NCBI RefSeq assembly: GCF_031769215.1
Contig: NW_026781978.1
Coordinates: 744,001 to 808,000 of the forward strand
Direction of reading: 5' to 3'
DNA: 64,000 nt
Source: Ylistrum balloti
Lineage: Eukaryota
Of this stretch, positions 26,001 through 38,000 are shown one piece after another (position 1 is the stretch's first letter; every line of letters begins with the position of its first letter). A program made the position numbers and the translations under genes. The notes below the pieces were generated by a model. That model searched no databases and was not told where the DNA came from. It worked only from the letters and a program-made list of their open reading frames with translations.

Positions 26001-29000
26001 CCTTGTTGTTGACACTAACTTGGTTTAAGACTTGTTGTAGATACTAAATCAGTTTCAGCCTTGTTGCTGACACCAAATGGTTTTGAGCTTGGTTGTAAAC
26101 ACTAACTTGGTTTGAGCCTTGTTGTTGACACTAACTTGGTTTGAGCCTTGTTGTTGACACTAACTTGGTTTGAGCCTTGTTGTTGACACTAACTTGGTTT
26201 GAGCCTGGTCCTTGATTCTAACTTGGTTTGTGCCTTGTTGATGTTCACAGCATCCCTACTTATGGTGTTTTTACATGTCACAGCTGATCTGATATTCAAG
26301 GGCTTGTTCCTAATATAACGATTGTCAGCAACTGACAAACTCGCATCACAGGGTTTCAGCTGAAGCTGATTGATGAAACTGATGGAGAAGTTGACAGTCA
26401 ACATAATGATCTCATTAGGAAATATTCTATGTCATTATGGGATATGTATTTTTAGACATATAGTTTCCCTGTTTACAGTGTTCTTATTTGGGAATGTGAC
26501 ATTGCTCCCCTGGATTGAACTAGATTAAGATGGTGGGATTCTTCAATAAAGCAAAGGACACTTACTCATATAGATAACCTGTTCTTAAGTTCCTTGTACT
26601 TTTACAGCCAAGAGCCTATGTGTACATCTTTCTTTTGTCCATGTTTTGCAAGTTTTATTGAACTTAACTTCGGAAAATAATTCTGTTGATATGTCAGTAT
26701 TTACATGTTACTTTTGTGGACACGGGCTACATTTTAGCAAATCACAAAACTGGTCATAACAATACTATCATCAGGGTGTTTTCCACATTTGCTGATGGTC
26801 TCCACAATAATACAATGTACCTACAGATATGACAACATAAGCAGCATGCGATATCACATATATACACAACATGTCCACACCCAACTCTGGCTCTACAGAC
26901 CAGCCATAGTTACATCATTCAACACAAATCATTAAGGTGCTGACTGGCTTTCCTAGCCTGTTTTCAAAGCTTACCTAGTTAAGAGTTTTTAATAAAACTT
27001 CTTGGTATGAGGTAGTTAGTTTTTAAAGAAAAAAATGTAACTGAAAAAGCTTTGAAAAACTGGTATATGGATTGAATTAAATTTAGTTCAATTGAAATTT
27101 CAGTTTGCTTTGAAATGCAGTAAATATGTGTTTGCCTGTACCCGTCATTAACTTCATGTGAGATTAGATAACCCTTTATTTTACCAAGGACTTTTTTTAC
27201 CGTATGGTTTTAATTTTCCAGCTTTTTTTTTTTATGTCCCTAGCTTTGGTATTGACAATTAACAAAGTCAGATACAAATCTTTGAAATATGACACATTAA
27301 AACAAAAATTGGATAAATGAAGTTTAAAATTCACCATTTCAACATTTTCTTTCTGTAAAGGGTCTCTTTCTGAGTGGGTTCAGGCAAATAAAATCTTATT
27401 ATGGTATGTTTTGCTTCCATCATATCAAATACATAAGATATGAAGGCAGACGAAGATGCCCTGTGGAAGATGGGTTAAGTTGGGTGAGGGAGGGATACAC
27501 TCATTATAGTGTTAACTTACGTCCTCCTCCTCGTCATCATCAGCCTGCACGTTCTGTAGCACAAACACATTGTAACACAAAGAAGCAGGAATCCGTCACT
27601 CGTCAAATTGTCATATCAAAATGTAGAAAACGATGTAAATAATTGTCATATCAAAATGTAAAAAACGATGTAAATAATTGTCATATCAAAATGTAAAAAA
27701 ACGATGTAAATAATTGTCATATCAAAATGTAAAAAACGATGTAAAAAATTGTCATATCAAAATGTGTTCCGTCAACAAAAAATACACTGGGTTGTTGTAA
27801 ATAACAATGTAAATAATTGTCATATCAAAATGTAAAAAAAACGATGTAAAAAATTGTCATATCAAAATGTTTTTGTCAACAAAAAATACACTGGGTTGTT
27901 GTAAAAAACGATGTAAAAAATTGTCAAATGTAGCATATTAATATTTGTCGAAGATGGCAAATGGAAAATATAATTTATTGTCTGATAAATTATGTCAACG
28001 AATGTAAAAAGATCCTTGTCGACATTAACAAGTAAACACATGTATATCATTTGTGTCCATAAATAAAAGAATCGCGCTGAGGTTTTAACAGTAATGTGTT
28101 TAATCTTTCTCACCTGCATGATGGTATCAGTGTCGGCCAGGGCCTGTTTGGCGAGGTAACGCTCTCTCTTTATCTTCAATTCTAGAGCCTCGGGTACATC
28201 AGGAACCAGAATGTCTATCAGTCGACACACACCAAACACAAAATGCTACGGAGAAAAAGGATAAATACATATATATGGCATATACCATTAGATCAGTTAC
28301 ATACTGTAACATACAGAATCAAAAACACAAAAACAATCTGTTCCTATATCATAGTAATATCAACTGGATTTCTCTCCGGACATGGAGATATATTTTATTT
28401 TATGACTCCGGACATGGAGATATATTTTATTCTATGACTCCGGACATGGAGATATATTTTATTCTATGACTATGTGCTGTCCCAATATTAAACAACAAAA
28501 TTCAATGTATTGTATTTATAATCACATTGCTTTTGATCATAATAAACAACCTTTGTTTTAGCGTTTAGATATTATTTGTGGTCTTGAAAGTTACCAAATA
28601 AATGTAATATCTGAATCTATGAATACCTTTGAAAGAATCCCAAAAATAAAAACTAATCTTTCAACAAGAGTATCATTGAAACTGATGAATGCTTCCCAAA
28701 TACAACTTTATTGGACACAAAATATAAACAAAAGAATATAATTCTGTAAGTAAGTGGTTGCAAGTCTTGGTATACTGCAGATTCTCTTCATATGACCAAT
28801 GGATACTCCAAGTTTCATGATCCTAGTTTTAAATGTAAACAAAGCTATGCTCTTGACAGAAAATTTAACAAAGGGCAATAACTCTGTACTTAGGGGTCAT
28901 GGGTCCAGACTTCTCTCCAATGCACATTGCTTTTGTATGACTGATATATACATTATGTTTCAATATCCTAGTTTAAACACAAGCAAAGTAATCCTCCGAA

Positions 29001-32000
29001 CACAAAATTCAACAAAGGGGAATAATTCTGTAATAATGGGGTTGCAGGCCCTAACACTGGTACACTACACATTGCCTTTGTATGATCAATGTTTACACCA
29101 GGTTTCATTATCCTAATTTAAATGCAAAGTTATGATCTGGACAATATATTTTTAACAAAGGGCAATTACTCTGTAATCAAGGGATATGGGTCCTGAATTT
29201 GGTACACTACATATTGACTAAGTATGATCAATGTATACCAACAGATGGACAAGGCAGTGACTATATGCTTCCCCAATGATTTTCGGGAATAAAAAGTTTG
29301 AAGTCTTTTTTGCATGTTTCTCAACAGTTGATAAGTGTCAATGTTCTTAAATCACAAATCACAAAAGAGGCCTAGCAGCATTGACAGTCACCTGAGATAA
29401 GCAATATTGAATATAAAGTCTAAAGGGTAGCTTTCAAGTGACATGAAAAAGAAATTATGATACTGAATATAGTAAGCCATTGTCAATACATGCATACCAT
29501 CAAAACTGTCATCCTATACCAATAATTTTTACAAAGTTATATCCAGTGTGAAATAAATGTTATACTCAAAAATGCAATTTTTGCTATGAAAACTACAATA
29601 AAGTTTGAAAAAAATTCCTCCCCAGGAAGAGATGTGAGACCCATTCTACCATACCTGGGTGTTGAGAAAATTTTTTTAAAAATTTTTAAGTAATTTTAAC
29701 CCCTTTTAGCCTGCCCATCAGCCCCTGTGGGTCAGTCAGGATCATTATAGACTTACCATCAAGCTATCATCAGGCCAGGGAAGGTGTCTGTAAAATTTCA
29801 TAGAAATGGGTTCAGGGGTTTTTGAGGAAAAATTGGAAATGTTAAATTGTTTACGGATGCACAATGCTGGACAAAGGTGATCGCAATAGGTCACCATGAG
29901 ACCACTACCAAGGTTCAACATTCCCTGTCTACCTCAAATAGACAGAAACAACCTACCTCAAACAGGATGACAAATCCCAGACGAAGAGCAAGTAGATTCC
30001 AGTAAAATAGTGTATGGTTTCCATGACTGTCTCTCAAGTCCCGATACCTAAAGCAATAAAACAATTTGTATGTTATCAGTATTTTTATTATATGATTGAT
30101 AAGGTTTACCACATCCCATGGTCTTATAAAACCAAAGTGAGCAAGGGTTCACATAGATATACCCCCTACCTCCAATCTTCCACACAAGCTTTTCATTTGC
30201 AAAAGTGTGAAGGGACTTTTGACCTTGACCACTGACTAGCAATACATCTGTTCAGGGGTTAAAGAGGTATCTTGTACACAAGATTCTTTATTTCTAAATT
30301 GAAAAGTGACCTTTCACCATATCAGGGTATATATATCAAAATAAAAACAATACTGTAAAATTGCATCTACCTTTCTGTATTTTCAAATTTACTTCGCAAA
30401 TTAAACTATCTTAACTATCCTTCTGCATTTTTACACATTTAGCCACCAGCATTACTGAAGATCCATTATGCAATGATAGTTTAGATTTCAATTTGCCTAT
30501 TGTGAATTTTCTGTTTCTAGATCGCAACATTCCTGCAACTCCAACCTATGGCAATTCCATGTGGCAGTTGATTTGATTCTAGGGCCTGTTCCCAATATCA
30601 AACTTTTCCTGCAAGATGTTAATAAAATTAGAAAAAGAAAGAAGAAACAAAACAAAAGAATTCAGCATTGACTATCTTGACATGAATCATGTTCCTCTTA
30701 TAACTGCATATACCAAATAGGAAGGGTGTGGGATATATAAATGGACTTGGATGCCTTTCAAAACCAGCCATTAGTTCACTGTCACTCAAAACCAAAGAGC
30801 TAAAAACAACTTTTGCTTCAAAATCCCCTGATGAATGCTTAGTTCAGATCAGGAGCTATTGACAGGTAACAAAGTCATGAGTTAACATACATTTTTTGTA
30901 CAGTTGTAATTTACCAATAAAGTCAGAACGAAAACATTGTTTACACTGACTTACAGACATGTCTGGTTTAGAGTGCCATTGGGACTTGTCGACAAAGAAA
31001 ATGCTGTATAACCCTTTAAGTCCCAGTCATAGTGGTATTGGTAGAGGAGACGAGGTAAAAACTCGGATGTAAATGCAATTAGAAACGCCTGCAACAAGGA
31101 ACAACTCATTATTACTCATATAACACAATGGTGGATAAGTATGTAACATCTTAAATTCTTTACAACACCTATCTTTATTGTATAAAGCATGCACATTACT
31201 TACATATTTACAGTTTCCCACGAATATTTATTATAGACAGCTAATATTTACTGTATAATTGCCACATTCCATGTTTCTGTGTAAAAGACATGTGATCACA
31301 CCAAAAATTCAGATACACAAACTTTGAGAAAACTGTTTCAAAGAGCCTCTGAAGGAAGCTAGTGTAATCCCAAACACTAACTCAGAATCAATCAAAACTA
31401 GATAAACGGACTGAGGGAAGTGTGCTGTGTGACGCTAAGTAAACCTTCCTATTTCCCTGCAACAAGGGCTACAAAATCATCAGATATGTATAATAACACT
31501 ACTGTTATATATATATAACTAAATGAAATCACACAATTGTCTACATGGTGAAAAACATAGCTAATTAGAGGAGATTGCCTGTTCTACAGAGAAATCAATT
31601 GCAAGGTTTTTACTTTTACTAATCAAACTAGTTTAATAACATGACGCTCATCTTGACCTATTTTTGTATCAAATTATCAAATTTAATAAATTCAATATCA
31701 CAATGAAGGCTCTAGTTATGACATTGCAATCACGGCCATATAGATAGATCAGAAATTAAAGTTTTAAAGAACTGAGAAAGTGTGCAGCAGGTTCATTCAG
31801 GTTTCTCCAATGTCCCCAAAATGAAGGTTATAGAACAGTATAGCCTAAATTCAACAAGGATTCTAAAACGGTCTGATTTCACCATAAAAAAAGGTTGCTT
31901 TCCTCAAACCTCAGACATAAATTCCAATGCCAGACTAAATCACTAAGAACAATATGTAAAACAATTTTAACTCTAGATCTGACTTAGAACATTTAACTTG

Positions 32001-35000
32001 TTCTCTTCTTGTCTCGACTTACATTGCTGATAACTGCAAGCTGGGCAAGAGCATCAAGTATTGAGAACCAGACGCCAATGTCCTGTGCCCGATCAGCGAC
32101 AGGTCGTCGTGTCTCGCACACAAATTTTTGGGCATCCAGGCGTATCTCCACCCAGTTGTTTAGGAGGGCAAACAAAGGAGCCAGTGGGAATGCAGCAACA
32201 AAAATTGTGATAAATCCAAACTGTAGCACTGAAAAACAAGGTCATTAATTATAACATGAAGTACTTTAATACAGAAAAACTGTGACAAATATCCTGATAA
32301 ATCCAAACTGTAGCATTGAAAGACAAAGTCAATAATTACAACATGAGGTACTTCAAAACTAAAATGCATTGTGAATCAAAGTGACAAAAAGTATACACAT
32401 TGTACTAACCCATTTCTAGGTACTCCTCAAAAAGGCCCTCATTATCCAGAAGTTCATAATCTTCCTCCCAACGTGTCCTCACCATATTTTTGTCAAGATT
32501 CACTTTTAAACGATGGATGAACAACTTTAATTTTCTGCAATATAGGCAATGAAAATATTTCAGTTTGGGTTTAAATGCCTAACTCACATCATCATGTTAC
32601 AATATTAATGGTTGTCAGGTTTAGGGTCTGAAAAAATACCACTTTAACTTAGTTAATGACACAAATGCTCTGATTTTCACTTAAAATATACATCATTCAG
32701 TCAGGTTATATTTCAAACATCAAAAAGAGGCAATAAGCTTCGTAAAATACTGTAAACAGAAAAGCTTTTACCCATCTCATCCTTTGACTTAACGGCAAAA
32801 GGGAGGTTGATAGTTATTGTTAATAAATGTATAATTTAATGTTTTTCAGAGTGAGTTCAAAATTAGACGCAAATGAAAAGTTTTATGCAAGGGCAAAAAA
32901 TCACTGCATTAATGTTTCCTCCTGTACAGCACCACTGAGAAAACAATTTCTAAAGACAAACACCAGAAATATAAAAAATGTATAGTTTCAGACTTAATTT
33001 TGGAAAGTAAGCATCTATTTTTAAGATTCACTTCGCTGTTCAATCGTATCAGTCAAAAAGTGAAAAGTATAAATGATACCTGCATAATAAGGAAAGGTAA
33101 ATAGCCAACACCCTTTGATTTGATAGTAGACCAATGGCATACTTTACATAGAATCTGTGTGCAACTGGTCAACCACAGTCTAATTGGATAGAATTTGGAG
33201 TGTATCTCATACCTCGGGAAAGTCTAATGATATCAAATTGTTCTAATGCTAGCTGCCTATCTTTGTGAATTGTATGACTAATCAGGGATACACTTACGGT
33301 ACAAGTATTTCCTGTGCATTGTTAATGATTTGTTTTCCTATCATGATGACGGCTAGTTGCTGGGCGAGTTCCATCAGACAGCCTCCATTATTACACTGCC
33401 AAACCAAAATAAGATTTTATTTAATGATGAATGGTAATGAAAAGTTGTAAATTATAAAAAAAATGTTTGTGAATTTAAAGGTGATTTTTGAAAAAAAACC
33501 TGCTTCTTTTTAACAATAATAATCATGAAATTATGTCAATCAAAAAATGGAAATAATTTTCATGAATGGTCAAACTTACCTCCTCATTTCGTAATCCAAA
33601 CATCCTATCATAATGACCAGGATATCCCACAAACCTGCAAACATCAATTTTTTTTATGATCGCCTTTATATTAACACATGGTTTCAGAAGCAGAGTAATA
33701 ATGACATGTGGAAATCTTATATTTGCCGTCACTGTCTCCTTGTGCAATATGAGGTTAGATATGTTAGGTGCTTGTTAGCATGCCTGGTGATTTTGGTATT
33801 ATTAAGCTGTTTCTCAGTTATAAATGTGGCGTAATACTTGGATTGACCAAGATATACATGGCAGGTGTCATTGATTAAGCAGAAAACGCTTACACCTTTT
33901 GGATCACCTGGTCTTGTTACTTTTTATTTTTTCATGCCTTTCCATGTAAATCTTTATTTTTTGTTCATATTTAGAGCCTTTGTTTTATTGATTCCGAGCT
34001 TTCAAAAACCTGCCAGTACATTGTATTTTCTTTTCTTTAATTTAGAGGAGCAAGGCATCTGATAATCAATCATAGTTTTAGTTTCCAAATGAAAATACAG
34101 CTTTACTATCAAAATGTTAAATACAGATTATATTAATAAATTAAACAAACCTTTATTATTACATGGATATTTTAAAATTGCAGTCTAATTAGTATCATGA
34201 AGTACAAATTAAAGACCCATTTTTTCAATTAAGACATGTACATGATATCAATTTGTAAGCTTAAATAAACCAACACTTCTTTGTGTGACATATGTTTACC
34301 ATTCCAAGGCAATTAATTAAGTTTATAACTGAGTATAAATAGCACTATTTTGCCCTTGAACTTGAGACCCTGAAACTTGTATTTATCTTAGATATTCTTA
34401 AATATTTCAACTTTGTATCAACTACAAATTTGCTTCCAAAATGTAGTCTTCAACATGATGACATCATTTTATACAAAGATGTATGTCCCCATGAAATAAT
34501 AGTAGGCATAAAATAATCATCCTGTATTTTTACAATCTGCAACTAAGACTATGAAAGAAATATTACAATACTTCATCATGTTGAAATCTGTCAAGCAGAA
34601 TACAGTCGTGTTAGCCTTATTGTGTTCATATATTACTCTCAATGCTTCTTAAACAATGCACAATGAATTACATATTACACCTACCTCCCTTTGAAGAATG
34701 CAATGTATATTATGGAGGAGTAAAAATTGACAAACTGGAAAATGAACACTTTAAATATAAGTTGGTCCTCAAACTCTGTCTGCGTCCGGTGCATCTCTGA
34801 AAAAACAAAAAAAACACCAAGTTGTACAATTATTTCTCATAGTTTCTATCCTTCATACAGATTTCAGATCCAAATCAGGTTAAATATTTCTTATTTGCTT
34901 ATATCTTTTTGATGTAGTCATAGAAACGTCACACTTTCATCTTCTACTGGTTGTGTTATAAGAACTTTTTTTCTAATTAAAATGATTGAACAAAAAAAAT

Positions 35001-38000
35001 TGTTTTGTTAGTTTATAGTTGTGATTTTTAAATTTCGATACAATCTCCACCATTATTATATCGCTACATTACCATAGATAAAAGATGGTGTTATAATGAG
35101 GGTAAATTGTAAATCTGAACCTTAATCACTTTATATTTGAGTTGACAAGTAGGCTTTTTGTAATTATTATGAGTGAATCGTATGAAAATTGAGTTTTATC
35201 TTTTTTACCTACCCCACTGAGTAAGTTTGAGGGCAAGTTTTTCGTACACTTTGCCAAGTGCCATGATAAGTATAAGATTGACTACGGCAGATGTGGAGCT
35301 GGCTATTAGAGCAGCTTTTGGTCGCAGGGTTTGACTCTGGAATAGTGGGATGCTGATCAGCACGCGATACATAATCACCGCTACGATGAAGATCAACACC
35401 AGTGCCATCTGTAAAATGTTCAAAGACAATGTTTGTTGTAATGTTGAACCTTTTTTAAAATACTCCAATTTCATTGTTTCCTAAGTGAATAAAGGTGATT
35501 CCATCCAAGCATTATGATTAAGAAGTTCATTCACTTTGTTGTGAATTCAAACAGTATGATGGGTGAAGAACCAACAGAGCCTGATTACATATTCAGAGCT
35601 TATATTTTCCCTCCGAGTTTTTATCAACTTTTGACCCATTTCACAATGAAAGCAGACTTGTTGAGCAAAAATTAACTGACACAATCAAAGACTTAAATAC
35701 TTAATCCTAGGACATTTAAGAAACCTTATCTCTACACATGTGTATAGTATATCAGAGTTTTAGATGCAAAGCCATTTGCTGGATTTAGAAAAAGTTGATA
35801 GTACTAAATTACCATGATAACTATGGCTGCTATTCCAGAAAGAATACGAGGAATACGGTCACGCTGGGGGAAATAAGGTTCCTTTACTCCTGTGATAGGG
35901 TTTTTCTCATAATGTGTGGCTTTGGCTGTGTATTCTGGGCGAGGACGCTCCTCCTCCTCCTCAAAATCCATCACATCCCAGTGATGTGCAAGAGAAGCAT
36001 TCTTTCTCTTCCAATATTCCAGAAATGTTACAGCTGAAAAAAAACCCACAAAATGTCAGCTTCAGAAACAACAAATTATCACACTAAACACAAGATGGAA
36101 GTGTTAAACTTCATTATCGTTATCATCATTATGACATTCTTAACGGCCCATTAACACATAAAAGGTCATTAGGGCCATCACCTGGTAACACACACAGTGA
36201 TCCCAAAAGGAAATAACATCAAACAAATTAAAAGGTGAAAAACAAATGCTAAATTAATTTTTGAATGGTTATATTATCACAAAAGATTAAGATTTTAAGT
36301 CATAGTCAACAATACAGACCAACATCTTTAAGATAACCTAGAATTTTATTAATCTCAACAGTTCATGATACAGTGCACAAAGGCTGTCGTAAAAGGGACA
36401 TTCCTGATTTTGCATTGTACTGTTCATGTTGTTGGACTAGCCCTACTAAGTCAGCTAATGAGCGACTTGGATTCTGTTTTATCCTGGTTAGAGTTCCTTC
36501 CAAAATTGAGATTAGTTAAAACAATTTGCCCTCTGGGTGTTTAAATTCATAGTATATGAAAGAAATCTGCATTTGTTGGGCTTCATGAAAAGTTATTGTT
36601 TTAACACAGTTCAATGTATCTGGGACAGATTCAGACAGGTGTAAATTGTCCAGGTTTTTCCCTAAGTGGGTAGAAAGTTTAACTTGTAAACTTCCAGTTG
36701 TTGACTTCTAAAGGCAATGACAGTCTGAGATGCTATTCAACCTACTAAATTATACCATTTGTAGCCTTTGACAGGTATGTTTCTATGAATCTAGACAGCT
36801 GTTACTTGTTTTGAACTTCAAATATCAATGCTACTTAGCTTAAATGCTAAGAAATAACATAGAGGAATTTGATTTAGTTACACGAGTCCTAAAGATTTCT
36901 TAAATTAGATATTCACCACTTCATGTCATCACTGTCATCAAAATGGTACAGATATAAAGACTATTCTGTTATCCTACAGCCATCTCAGTTTAATTTGCTG
37001 GAGATCGTGAACAATAGAATGAAATGTCTTTGTATCCAGCAGCATGAGTCAGGTAAAAAGGGGAAAGATGCAAATTTGTCGCAAATATACTGGATTAGAA
37101 ATATCTCTTTAGGGTTCTTTCTAGCAATGAGTTTTTAAACTTTTGCATCCTTGCAACAGCAAGTCAAATACTTACCCCAAAAGGACACAAAGACAGCATA
37201 CAGAACCGTTGCAGGGTGATCGAACAGATAGGCAATCTTAGTGTAGATACAGACGTCGGACAGGTACCAGTAAGCACAGCCAATATCTTCATCACATAGT
37301 GGACACATCTTATACTTATCACCACTATCACACACCTCATTACTGCAAAAACAAAACAGACCTCGTTACTGTAAAACAAAACACACCTCATTACTGTAAA
37401 AATAAAACATACCTCATTACTGCAAAAACAAAACTTACCTTATTGTAACATACACATATCCTTTTTCCTTGACAATTCTATCAATGCATGAAATTGAAGT
37501 TTGTTACCTCAACGTCATGAGAAAAAAACTCACCAGGTAGGGATCAAACCACAATAATATGTCCTTGTCCCCTCATAAGCCCTTCGACCCCTGACTCCAT
37601 TTCCCCCTCCCTACTTCCAACCTAACCTTCCCCTGCTTTCAAGCATGATGCAGGGTAAATGGATGGACAAAGTAATGATTACTTAAGCAGGTGTCACTGG
37701 ACCAGGTGTCACTGGGCCAGGTGTCACTGGGCCAGGTGTCACTGGACCATGTGATGATCCCTTACATGAAAACAATGGGTAAATGGATGGACAAAGTAAT
37801 GATTACTTACGCAGGTGTCACTGGGCCAGGTGATGATCCCTTACATGAAAACAATGGGTAAATGGATGGACAAAGTAATGATTACTTAAGCAGGTGTCAC
37901 TGGACCAGGTGTCACTGGGCCAGGTGTCACTGGACCATGTGATGATCCCTTACATGAAAACAATGGGTAAATGGATGGACAAAGTAATGATTACTTACGC

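Noticed and set aside
26189-26404. 71-aa minus-strand ORF running into the 29-bp satellite
   Set aside because: The 29-bp period breaks the frame, no homology recognised, not needed for the anoctamin model
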